DNA of 32,000 bases from Paracoccus suum (GCF_003324675.1 NZ_CP030918.1:1050001-1082000); one strand, 5' to 3'; shown: positions 9,495 through 16,924, counted from the first letter of the stretch. Notes: generated by a model not told the origin, from the letters alone. A program made the numbers and translations.

Positions 9495-9534
9495 CACCGC
9501 CCGATCCCTTATGCCGCGCCCCGAGGTAGCCTGC

Positions 9535-10212
9535 ATGAGCGACGCCGAAAACCCCACGCCAGATCCCGTGCCCGCGCTGACCTGGCGCGAGGGGGGCATC
9601 CCGGTCTCGACCCGGTTCGACGATCCGTATTTCAGCCTGAACGGCGGGCTGGACGAGACGCGCCACGTCTTTCTGGCGGGCAACGATCTGCCCGCCCGCC
9701 TTAGGCCCGGGTTCCATGTGGCCGAACTGGGCTTCGGCACCGGGTTGAACCTGCTGGCGCTGGCGGCGGCCACGGAGGCGCCGATCCGGTTCACCAGTTT
9801 CGAGGCATTTCCGATGACCGGCGCCGACCTGGCGCGCGCGCACGCGGCTTTTCCGGGGTTGGCGCAGCTGGCCGAGGCGCTGCGCGCGGGTATCACCGCC
9901 GGGCGGGGCCGCTTCCAGGTTGGCCAGATCGAGGCAGAGGTGATCCACGGCGACGCGCGCGAGACGTTGCGCGCCTGGGACGGCCGGGCGGACGCTTGGT
10001 TCCTCGACGGCTTTTCCCCGGCCCGGAACCCCGAGATGTGGGGCGCGCCGTTGATGGCCGAGGTCGCTCGGCACACTGCGCCGAAGGGCACGTTCGCCAC
10101 CTACACCGCCGCCGGCCATGTTCGGCGGGCACTGACTGAGGCCGGTTTTGCCGTCGAGCGGCGACAAGGCTTTGCCGGCAAGCGGCACATGAGCGTGGGT
10201 TGGCTGGCTTGA
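9535..10212 (+). CDS. mnmC: tRNA (mnm5s2U34) methyltransferase, MnmC methyltransferase domain only (DUF752/MnmC2-like)
   Basis: 225 aa from the ATG at 9535 (alternative ATG at 9511). By eye it is co-linear with the N-terminal ~245 residues of E. coli MnmC: PVSTRFDDPYFSLNGGLDETRHVFLAGN, VAELGFGTGLNLL, FTSFEAFPMTGADLARAHAAFP, DAWFLDGFSPARNPEMW, GTFATYTAAGHVRRALTEAGFAVERRQGFAGKRHM. It ends where the E. coli linker to the oxidase domain begins. Confidence 0.88.
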   Translation: MSDAENPTPDPVPALTWREGGIPVSTRFDDPYFSLNGGLDETRHVFLAGNDLPARLRPGFHVAELGFGTGLNLLALAAATEAPIRFTSFEAFPMTGADLARAHAAFPGLAQLAEALRAGITAGRGRFQVGQIEAEVIHGDARETLRAWDGRADAWFLDGFSPARNPEMWGAPLMAEVARHTAPKGTFATYTAAGHVRRALTEAGFAVERRQGFAGKRHMSVGWLA

Positions 10213-10285
10213 GGTGGCGCCTAGGGGAGCTCGATTTGACGGCCTGACGGTCGCTGACCGGAACTAACCGCTTCTGGCCGCCGGA

Positions 10286-10675
10286 TTACTGCAATGCCGC
10301 GACCAGCCCCTGCGGCAGGCGCACCGGTCGGCCGCCTGGGCCAATGGCGACGACCGTCACCTGGGCTTCGAACAGGGGCGTATCCGCGCGCAGCACACGC
10401 TGCGCCATCACTACCCGCGCCGGGCTGTGGCTGGTAAGTCGCGACTGCACCGTCAGCAGATCATCGAACCTGGCGGGGGCAAGGTAGTCCGCCTCGATCC
10501 GGCGGACGGCAAAGACGGTGCCGGTCGCGGCCTTCAGTCCGGCTTGGTCGATCCCGGCGGCGCGCAGCCATTCAGAGCGGCCACGCTCGATGAACTTCAG
10601 GTAATTGGCGTAATAGACGATGCCCGCGAGGTCGGTGTCCTCGTAATAGACCCGGACCTGCAGGCTGTGGCTCAC
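10286..10675 (-). CDS. ybgC: Tol-Pal associated acyl-CoA thioesterase YbgC (4HBT-type hotdog fold)
   Basis: Track ORF 10286..10954 trimmed to the GTG at 10673-10675, which forms a GTGA overlap with the folD stop. 129 aa: (V)[40 protein letters not shown]...[21 protein letters not shown], the typical YbgC/4HBT signature (YEDTD..G.VY...Y). Confidence 0.88.
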   Translation of the reverse strand: MSHSLQVRVYYEDTDLAGIVYYANYLKFIERGRSEWLRAAGIDQAGLKAATGTVFAVRRIEADYLAPARFDDLLTVQSRLTSHSPARVVMAQRVLRADTPLFEAQVTVVAIGPGGRPVRLPQGLVAALQ

Positions 10676-11550
10676 GCGGTCAGGCCCTGCGGCTCGGGCA
10701 GGCCGGCGCTGCGGCAGGCGGCGGTCAGAGTGTTGGCCAGAAGGCAGGCGATGGTCATCGGCCCGACCCCGCCCGGAACCGGGGTGATGGCGCTGGCGAC
10801 CTGACGCGCGGCCTCGAAATCGACGTCGCCGACCAGGCCCTCGGGGGTGCGGTTCACGCCGACGTCGATCACCACCGCGCCGGGCTTCAGCCAGTCGCCC
10901 TGCACCAGTCGCGGCCGGCCGACGGCGGCAATCACGATCTCGGCCCGGCGGCACAGTCCCGGCAGATCGCGCGAGCGGGAATGTGCGACCGTGACCGTGG
11001 CGCTGTCCCGGATCAGCAATTGCGCCATCGGCTTGCCGACGATGTTGCTGCGCCCGATGACGAGCGCGTCGCGCCCCTCGAGGCTGCCAAGCTCGGCCCG
11101 CAGCAGCATCAGGCAGCCCAGCGGCGTGCAGGGCACCATGGCAGCCTGCCCGGTGGCGAGGCGCCCGGCGTTCTGGACGTGAAAGCCGTCGACATCCTTG
11201 GCGATGGCGATGGCGTCGATCACCGCCGCCTCGTCAATCTGCGGCGGCAGGGGCAACTGGACCAGGATACCGTGCACCGCCGGATCGGCGTTCAGGCGCG
11301 CGATCAGGTCCAGCAGCGCTGCCTGGGTGACGGTGGACGGCAGGCGATGTTCGAACCCGGCCATCCCGGCCTCGGCCGTCGCCTTGCCCTTCATGCGGAC
11401 ATAGACCTCGCTGGCCGGATCGGAGCCGACCAGCACCACGGCGAGGCCCGGCACCCACCCATGCTCGGACTTGAGGGTGCCGACCTCGGTGGCGATCTGG
11501 GCGCGCAACTCGGCCGCACGGGCGCGGCCGTCGATGATGCGCGCACTCAT
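10672..11550 (-). CDS. folD: Bifunctional methylenetetrahydrofolate dehydrogenase/methenyl-THF cyclohydrolase FolD
   Basis: Track ORF trimmed to the ATG at 11548-11550 ([19 protein letters not shown]...). 292 aa. Motifs [71 protein letters not shown] overlap with the upstream gene's stop. Confidence 0.96.
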   Translation of the reverse strand: MSARIIDGRARAAELRAQIATEVGTLKSEHGWVPGLAVVLVGSDPASEVYVRMKGKATAEAGMAGFEHRLPSTVTQAALLDLIARLNADPAVHGILVQLPLPPQIDEAAVIDAIAIAKDVDGFHVQNAGRLATGQAAMVPCTPLGCLMLLRAELGSLEGRDALVIGRSNIVGKPMAQLLIRDSATVTVAHSRSRDLPGLCRRAEIVIAAVGRPRLVQGDWLKPGAVVIDVGVNRTPEGLVGDVDFEAARQVASAITPVPGGVGPMTIACLLANTLTAACRSAGLPEPQGLTA

Positions 11551-11924
11551 GCGCGGTCCTGCGGGGTGGCGGCGCGGGCGTCCAGAAAGCGGGCCTCGCG
11601 GTCGATGAAATGGGTCATCATCAGCCGCCACAGGCTGTCGGCGAGGTCGGGGTCCACCCCTTCCTGCGCGGCCAGTCCGCGGACATTTGCGGCGACTTCC
11701 TCGACCCGCGATTCGATCAGCGCGGGCAGGCCGTCGCGCAGCTTGATCTGCGCGGCGCGGTCGATCAGGCGCGTGCGCTCGGCCAACAGGGCGATCAGCC
11801 GCGCGTCGAGCGCGTCGATGCGGCGGCGCAGGGCGGTCATGTCGGGGATTGCACCAACCCCCTCCGAGTGGGCGGGCTCGGAATGGGCGGATGGGCGGGC
11901 CTTGCCCACGGCAGGATCAGTCAC
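11547..11924 (-). CDS. AroQ-type (type II) chorismate mutase family protein
   Basis: Core [33 protein letters not shown]...IESRVEEV...[13 protein letters not shown] matches the EcCM-like helical AroQ pattern (LR..I..lD..l..LlaeR......K). The longest ORF starts at the GTG at 11922-11924 (GTGA overlap with the upstream stop). The ATG at 11838-11840 (MTALRRR...) is an equally plausible start and gives ~97 aa. Confidence 0.75.
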   Translation of the reverse strand: MTDPAVGKARPSAHSEPAHSEGVGAIPDMTALRRRIDALDARLIALLAERTRLIDRAAQIKLRDGLPALIESRVEEVAANVRGLAAQEGVDPDLADSLWRLMMTHFIDREARFLDARAATPQDRA

Positions 11925-12265
11925 GTTTTGCCCCCACGGCTGCGCGCCAGGCGCTTTTCGATATAGTCACGCAATTCCTCGATCTCGGTGCGGCTTTCGG
12001 TCAGGCCGTCCATGGCGATCTTCAGCTCGTCCTCGCTGGCGGCGAGTCGGGTGGAAAGGGCGGCCTCGCGCTCCTCCAGCTCGGCCACGGCGTTGTCGCG
12101 CGCCTCCTCGGCGTCGTGGAGCTGCTGGGCCATGCTTTCCAACTCGTTCAGGTCGGCGCGCGTGGCGCGGGTCATGCGGTGGATCAGCCAGCTGGCGAAC
12201 CAGCCGAGCAAGAAGGCAACGAACAGCGTGACGGCCGTTGCGACGATGAACTGTTGGCGGTCCAT
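11921..12265 (-). CDS. Small membrane-anchored coiled-coil protein, unknown function
   Basis: Track ORF 11921..12448 trimmed to the ATG at 12263-12265, preceded by AGGAAGGA. 114 aa: MDRQQFIVATAVTLFVAFLLGWFASWLIHRM (one TM), then a charged heptad-like helix ADLNELESMAQQLHDAEEARDNAVAELEEREAALSTRLAASEDELKIAMDGLTESRTEIEELRDYIEKRL. High GC3 in this frame. I recognise no family. Confidence 0.6.
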   Translation of the reverse strand: MDRQQFIVATAVTLFVAFLLGWFASWLIHRMTRATRADLNELESMAQQLHDAEEARDNAVAELEEREAALSTRLAASEDELKIAMDGLTESRTEIEELRDYIEKRLARSRGGKT

Positions 12266-12287
12266 GCGGCGGGCGGTCCTTCCTGCG

Positions 12288-14627
12288 TCAGTCCTGCGCC
12301 GGGACGTCGCCGGCCTCATCTTGCGCGGCGCCGGCATCGGATGCGGGGTCGGTATATCCCTCGGGCGGGGGGCCTGCCATCCCAAGTTCGGGGTTGGGGA
12401 CCTCGGGCGTCTCCATCCCAGCGTCCTCGTCATGCGAGAATTCGTCATCGGTGATCATGCCCGCTACCTCGGCGGCGAGGCTGGCGGCGGCCTCCAGCGG
12501 TTCGCCGGTCCAGCTACCCTCAACCACCTGCAGGGCGAGGGACGTTGCCGGATCAACCGCGCCGCTGATGACGCGCAGGGCAAGGCTGCTCGCCTCGGTC
12601 GGGAGATGGGGTGGGGCGGCCAGTGCGGGCGGCACGGAGCCCAGTTCGGGCATCGCGAGGCTGACCGGGTCGGTCGGCGCGCCGGAGTTGGCCGGCGCCT
12701 CGGGGATCGTGACGGCGGTGACGCCGGTGACCACGGCCACGGGCGGTGCGCCCCCCGCCTCGACCGGGTCGGGGGCGAGCAGTCGGAACTCGATCCGGCG
12801 ATTGGCCTCGCGGCCGGCCTCGGTGTCGTTCGGGCCGATCGGCTGGGTCTCGCCAAAGCCAGCGGCGTTCATCAGGTGCGTGTCGATCCCGCCCTCCGTC
12901 AGTGCGGTCAACACCGACTGGGCGCGGTTCTGTGACAGCGTCATGTTGAAATCGTCCGAGCCCTGCGAATCGGTGTGGCCGCCGACCCCGATCCGGAAGG
13001 CGCCACATTCATTCAGCGCCTCTTTCAGCGCGGCGATGGTCGGGGCGACATCGCCAGCGAATTCGGCCTTGGACGGCTCGAACCCGATCTCGGATGTGGC
13101 CAGGACCCGGTTGGCGCGGTCGACGCATTCCTGCCCCGTGGGCAGAGAGAGTGTCTGGTCCAGCCGCCGGTCATAGCGGATCGACAATGCAAAATCGGCA
13201 CCCGCGCCCAGCCGCCGCCCCAGTGCTGCCGCGGCCGCGTTCGAGGCGGTCTCGCTGCCCGATACGCCGTCGATTCGGATAAGCTCTGGCGTCACGGTGG
13301 TGCTGCCGGAATCGAGCCCGGCCATGGCCTCGATCGCGGCGATGACGCGCAGGCTCCAGCCGGCGGGGACACTCGGATCGGTGCGCAGGGCGGATTCCAC
13401 ATTGGGGAAACGGGCGCGCGCGACGCTTTCGATGGCGTTGCGCATGCGGTCGTCGGACACGCGGCCGCGCAGGGTGACGCGGCCATCCCCGGCCCGCGTC
13501 GCGGTGAACTCGGCGGGTTGCGGCGCGGCCTCTGGCTGTGCAGGGCGGGCCAGCGTCGCCTCCAGATCGAAAGCCGCGGGGAGTGCCTTCCCGAGACGCT
13601 CGACTGCAGCGTCAAAGCGGTCCTGCGGCACGGTTTCTGGCGCATCGAGCGCAATGTCAGTGTCCGAGAGAGTGGCCGAGCCGGCGCCGATGGCCGCCAC
13701 AGCCTCGATGGCGGCCACTGCGGCATCGGCCCATTGTGCGCCCGGCGCGCCCAGCCCAATGGTGCAAACCGGCTCGCCGGCCGCGCCCGCCTCCTCTGCT
13801 GCGGTCAGAATTCGCTGGCGGGCGGTCTCGGTGTCAGCGGCGCAGGCATCGAAGCGGGCGCCCGCCGCGTCCTTGACGAAGCGCAGTGTAAACGGGGCGA
13901 TGACCGGGCGGGGGGCGGTGATCCGGGCATCCAGCGTCACGCCGGCGGGTGCCGCGCGGGCCAGGCTCGCCTCCAGCCGGACCTTGTCGCGGGGATTGTC
14001 GGCAAGCGCCGTCACCGCGACATGGCCCGGGGTGATCGAGACCTTGGCGCGCGGCGTCGACTGGATCGCCGTCATGCCAAAGCTGAGGGCGGCCTCCCAG
14101 CCCGGCGGGGCGGGATAGTCTGCCGCCTCCAGCAGGTCGGTGACCGCCGGATGGCCGGCGCCGTCGGCCAGCAGCCTTGCTAGGCCGAGACGGTCGGCAC
14201 TGGCCGGGATCAGGCCAATCATCGACAGGCCGGCGTCGTTACGCAGCAGCTCGATCCGGAAATCCGGGGCGGCGGCGGGGTCGCGTTGCGCGATCTCGAT
14301 CCGGTCAACGACCCGGCCGGGGCCTACGGCGGCGCCCGCCTGGGCGATGGCACGAAAGCGGGCACCCTCGTCCGGGGCGATCCCGCCCAGCGCGACCTGC
14401 AGCCCGTCCGTCCGAAGCGTCGCCCAGTCAAAGCCGCCGCTGGCGAGGGCGAGGCGAACCTCCTCGGACGAGCGACGCTCGATGAAATCGGCGGCCTCGG
14501 TCGCGCCGAACCAGCAGCCGGTGCCTGCCGCGGCCAGAACCAGCGCGCGCAGTGCGACCCCCACGACGGGGCGGTTGCGGGCGGGCGCGGCAGGGCGTGA
14601 CAGCGGGGTCGTGGCGGTTTGCGGCAT
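12288..14627 (-). CDS. Large modular OmpA/MotB-domain envelope protein (N-terminal TM, BON-like module, three ~115-aa repeated modules, OmpA_C domain, long acidic/Pro-rich tail)
   Basis: 779 aa. TM VVGVALRALVLAAAGTGCWFG. BON-like ATLRTDGLQVALGGIAPDEGARFRAIAQAGAAVGPGRVVDRIEI. OmpA_C core IGFEPSKAEFAGD...FRIGVGGHTDSQGSDDFNMTLSQNRAQSVLTALTEGGI...AAGFGETQPI...EANRRIEFRLL (about nt 12775-13150). About 175 further residues follow and end in DEFSHDEDAGMETPEVPNPE...AQDEAGDVPAQD. Confidence 0.8.
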   Translation of the reverse strand: MPQTATTPLSRPAAPARNRPVVGVALRALVLAAAGTGCWFGATEAADFIERRSSEEVRLALASGGFDWATLRTDGLQVALGGIAPDEGARFRAIAQAGAAVGPGRVVDRIEIAQRDPAAAPDFRIELLRNDAGLSMIGLIPASADRLGLARLLADGAGHPAVTDLLEAADYPAPPGWEAALSFGMTAIQSTPRAKVSITPGHVAVTALADNPRDKVRLEASLARAAPAGVTLDARITAPRPVIAPFTLRFVKDAAGARFDACAADTETARQRILTAAEEAGAAGEPVCTIGLGAPGAQWADAAVAAIEAVAAIGAGSATLSDTDIALDAPETVPQDRFDAAVERLGKALPAAFDLEATLARPAQPEAAPQPAEFTATRAGDGRVTLRGRVSDDRMRNAIESVARARFPNVESALRTDPSVPAGWSLRVIAAIEAMAGLDSGSTTVTPELIRIDGVSGSETASNAAAAALGRRLGAGADFALSIRYDRRLDQTLSLPTGQECVDRANRVLATSEIGFEPSKAEFAGDVAPTIAALKEALNECGAFRIGVGGHTDSQGSDDFNMTLSQNRAQSVLTALTEGGIDTHLMNAAGFGETQPIGPNDTEAGREANRRIEFRLLAPDPVEAGGAPPVAVVTGVTAVTIPEAPANSGAPTDPVSLAMPELGSVPPALAAPPHLPTEASSLALRVISGAVDPATSLALQVVEGSWTGEPLEAAASLAAEVAGMITDDEFSHDEDAGMETPEVPNPELGMAGPPPEGYTDPASDAGAAQDEAGDVPAQD

Positions 14628-14686
14628 CGGGCGCCTCTCGGCGGTTAGGACCGGCGGGATGTATCGACCAGCGCGGGCAAGGGCAA

Positions 14687-15643
14687 TCAGGCCAGCCCGG
14701 CCATGGCGAGAAACAGCGCAACCGCCAGTCCGGCATCGCGATTGCTGCGAAACAGGCGCAATGCCATCGCGGTGTCACCGGGCCGAAAGACGCGCCGCTG
14801 CCAAGCCAGGTGCAGCGCCAGCGACAGGACCGCCGCGCAGGCGGGCAACGCAGCCCAGCCAGTCGGAGCGGCCAGCCACACTGCCAGCGCCAACAGCACG
14901 GTTGCCACGACGGCGAAACGGGTCAGCCAGCGGCCGGTGTCGTCGCCGAACAGCCGCGCGGTGGATTTGACGCCGATCAGCGCGTCATCCTCGATATCCT
15001 GATGGGCATAGATGGTGTCGTAGAACAGCGTCCAGGCGATCCCGCCGAGCCACAGGACGAGGGCCGGTGCCTCCAGCCGACCGGCATGGGCGGCATAGGC
15101 CAGGAGCGCCCCCCAGTTGAAGGCGACGCCAAGGAAGGCCTGCGGCCACCAGGTAAAACGCTTGGCGAACGGATAGACCGCGACCGGCACCAGCGAAGCG
15201 ACGCCCAGCCAGATCGCCGCGGGACCCAGCGTCAGCAGCAGGGCGAGGCCGACCAGCGCCTGCACCGCCAGCCAGACCAGCGCGCCCCGCGGTGTCACCT
15301 GCCCCGAGGGCAACGGCCGCGCCCGGGTGCGGGCGACCCGGGCGTCGATGTCGCGGTCAGCAAGGTCGTTCCAGGTGCAGCCGGCGCCGCGCATGACCAG
15401 CGCCCCGAGGCCGCAGACAAGGGTGATCCACAGATCGCGCCAGGCGGGCCCATGCGCGATCATCGCAAGCCCAAGGCCCCACCAGCATGGTAGCAGCAGT
15501 AGCCAGGTGCCGATCGGCCGGTCAGCGCGGCTGAGTCGCAGCCACGGCCGCCACCCGGGCGGGGCGAGGCGATCTACCCAGTTGCCCGCGGGGGTGTCGG
15601 CCGGAATAGGCGCTGCGGCTGGCGCTGCGCGGGCGGCTGCCAT
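14687..15643 (-). CDS. ubiA: 4-hydroxybenzoate polyprenyltransferase UbiA
   Basis: 318 aa. LRLSRADRPIGTWLLLLPCWWGL, and GAGCTWNDLADRDIDARVARTRARPLPSG (NDxxDxxxD prenyl-diphosphate motif), then multiple TM helices and a second Asp-rich motif YAHQDIEDD. Confidence 0.93.
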   Translation of the reverse strand: MAAARAAPAAAPIPADTPAGNWVDRLAPPGWRPWLRLSRADRPIGTWLLLLPCWWGLGLAMIAHGPAWRDLWITLVCGLGALVMRGAGCTWNDLADRDIDARVARTRARPLPSGQVTPRGALVWLAVQALVGLALLLTLGPAAIWLGVASLVPVAVYPFAKRFTWWPQAFLGVAFNWGALLAYAAHAGRLEAPALVLWLGGIAWTLFYDTIYAHQDIEDDALIGVKSTARLFGDDTGRWLTRFAVVATVLLALAVWLAAPTGWAALPACAAVLSLALHLAWQRRVFRPGDTAMALRLFRSNRDAGLAVALFLAMAGLA

Positions 15644-15659
15644 AGGATCGCGTCCTGCG

Positions 15660-16415
15660 ATGGGAACAGTGCGCCTCTACATAGACCAGCCGCTTTGCGC
15701 GGGACAAGCCGCCGCGCTGGACGGTGCGCAGGCGCATTACCTCGGCAACGTCATGCGCCTTGCGCCGGGGGCGGAGATCGAGGTGTTCAATGGCCGCGAT
15801 GGCGTCTGGTCGGCGCAGATCGCGGCACTGTCCAAGCGTGCTGGCGGCAGCGTCATGCCGATGGCGCAGGCCGGCCCGCAGCGCATGCCCCCCGACCTGT
15901 GGCTGGCCTTCGCTCCGCTGAAAAAGGCCCGCACGGATTTCATCGTCGAAAAGGCGACCGAGCTGGGCTGTGCGCGCATTCTGCCCGTCACGACCGACTA
16001 TACCAATGCCGAGCGTATCGCCCGCGAGCGCCTGCAGGCCCATGCCGTCGAGGCGGCCGAACAATGCGGCGGCAGCTACGTGCCCGAGGTCGCGGCGCTG
16101 CAACCGCTGGACCGCCTGCTGGCGAATCTGGGGGATCGGCGGGTGATGTGGGCCGACGAACAGCGCGCCGGTGAGGCTCTAGGCCTCCCCGCCCAAGGGG
16201 ATTCGCACCCCGAAGGCGCGCCATGGGTCATCCTGATAGGTCCTGAAGGGGGCTTTTCCGACGCCGAACGCCAGCGGATCGCGGCGTGCCGTAGCGTCAC
16301 AACCGTCAGCTTGGGGCCGCGCATCCTGCGCGCGGATACCGCCGCAGTAGCGGCGATCACCCTTTGGCAGGCGACTTTGGGGGACTGGATGCCGGGGCCT
16401 TGCCCGGCGATTTGA
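15660..16415 (+). CDS. rsmE: 16S rRNA (uracil1498-N3)-methyltransferase RsmE
   Basis: Track ORF 15327..16415 trimmed to the ATG at 15660 (MGTVRLYIDQPL...AHYLGNVMRL..G.EIEVFNGRDG). C-terminal SPOUT knot motifs ILIGPEGGFSDAE...VSLGPRILRADTAAVAAI. 251 aa. Confidence 0.9.
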   Translation: MGTVRLYIDQPLCAGQAAALDGAQAHYLGNVMRLAPGAEIEVFNGRDGVWSAQIAALSKRAGGSVMPMAQAGPQRMPPDLWLAFAPLKKARTDFIVEKATELGCARILPVTTDYTNAERIARERLQAHAVEAAEQCGGSYVPEVAALQPLDRLLANLGDRRVMWADEQRAGEALGLPAQGDSHPEGAPWVILIGPEGGFSDAERQRIAACRSVTTVSLGPRILRADTAAVAAITLWQATLGDWMPGPCPAI

Positions 16416-16431
16416 TGCCGGGGTTGGGCAG

Positions 16432-16610
16432 TTTGCATGGCGCGTCGGCGCTTTGCATGCGAAGGGCGCGGAAGGACAGTCTCAATGCCATTTTGTTGCA
16501 TAAATGATGCAGTTTCTAGCCCTCGCGAAAGCGTGCCCTTTTGTCTCCCGGAGGTCGCCAACCTGTTACCAAAACATTAAATAAAACACCGCATTATGCT
16601 GGCGTTGCAT
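16432..16610. promoter_or_regulatory. Cluster of TTGCAT / GCAT..ATGC palindromic motifs in the rsmE-DUF1127 intergenic region (candidate operator or promoter array)
   Basis: TTTGCATG at 16432-16439 and again at 16452-16459 (20-bp spacing; the second contains the palindrome GCATGC). TGCAT-N5-ATGCA at 16497-16511. GCATtATGC at 16591-16599. TTGCAT at 16605-16610. On the minus strand, TTAA-N7-GTAAC at 16565-16580 is one mismatch from the CtrA box TTAA-N7-TTAAC. This is the lowest-GC stretch of the window. Function is not established. Confidence 0.3.
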
Positions 16611-16715
16611 AGCTGCCTTGTCGCGCCATGGCTGGCAAGTTCGGGGAGGTAGGGGTATATCCGCATCACTCGGATGTGGCCCGGCAACAAGGGCCTGTGT
16701 TTCATAGGTGACAAA

Positions 16716-16904
16716 ATGTCTGCGATCGACACTCGCGTTTCGGCGGGTCCTTCCATTGGTTTCGGCGCGCGCCTCATGGCGGGCCTGTCCCACTGGCACA
16801 ACACGCGCACCACGCGCAGCGAACTGAACCGGCTCACCGACCGCGAGCTGGACGATATCGGTCTGTGCCGTGGCGATATCGAGCGGATTTCCCGCGGGCT
16901 CTGA
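16716..16904 (+). CDS. DUF1127 domain small protein (62 aa)
   Basis: Track ORF 16674..16904 trimmed to the ATG at 16716 (MSAIDTRVS...). C-terminal HWHNTRTTRSELNRLTDRELDDIGLCRGDIERISRG is the characteristic DUF1127 signature (R..L..L.DreL.DIGL.R.DI). A strong hairpin terminator follows. Confidence 0.85.
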   Translation: MSAIDTRVSAGPSIGFGARLMAGLSHWHNTRTTRSELNRLTDRELDDIGLCRGDIERISRGL

Positions 16905-16924
16905 GCCCACGGCATTCGCTGTGA

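Noticed and set aside
9495-10100. Upstream 202 codons of ORF 8484..10100 (538 aa). Also the fully overlapping minus ORF 9202..10188.
   Set aside because: Both are antisense to the strongly supported MnmC-methyltransferase gene. The sequence is Arg/Ser/Pro-rich with no domain features. The oxidoreductase has a textbook Rossmann N-terminus at the ATG at 9494.
10676-10954. N-terminal extension of the ybgC track ORF (10286..10954), and similar extensions for rsmE (15327..15659), gpsA (20250..20399), folD (11551..11631), prmA and tolA.
   Set aside because: The extensions overlap the 3' ends of the upstream genes in another frame and are Arg/Pro-rich. Conserved family N-termini and 4-nt start/stop overlaps identify the internal starts.
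12394-14183. Long + strand ORFs (12394..13176, 12975..14183, 13297..14118 and others) antisense to the OmpA-like gene.
   Set aside because: These are typical GC-rich shadow ORFs. Only the minus frame shows a TM helix, an OmpA_C motif set (GHTDSQGS…NRRIEF) and consistently high third-position GC.
16415-16507. 30-codon ORF (MPGLGSLHGASALCMRRARKDSLNAILLHK) starting at a TGATG overlap with the rsmE stop.
   Set aside because: It has much lower third-position GC than the real genes here, no RBS and no recognisable family. It runs through the TTGCAT motif array, which is more plausibly regulatory DNA. It cannot be fully excluded without ribosome profiling.
16566-16915. Minus-strand ORFs of 112-114 aa (16566..16910, 16577..16915) covering the DUF1127 locus.
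   Set aside because: They are antisense to an ORF with a clear DUF1127 signature and its own terminator. They extend into the AT-rich leader and have no family features.
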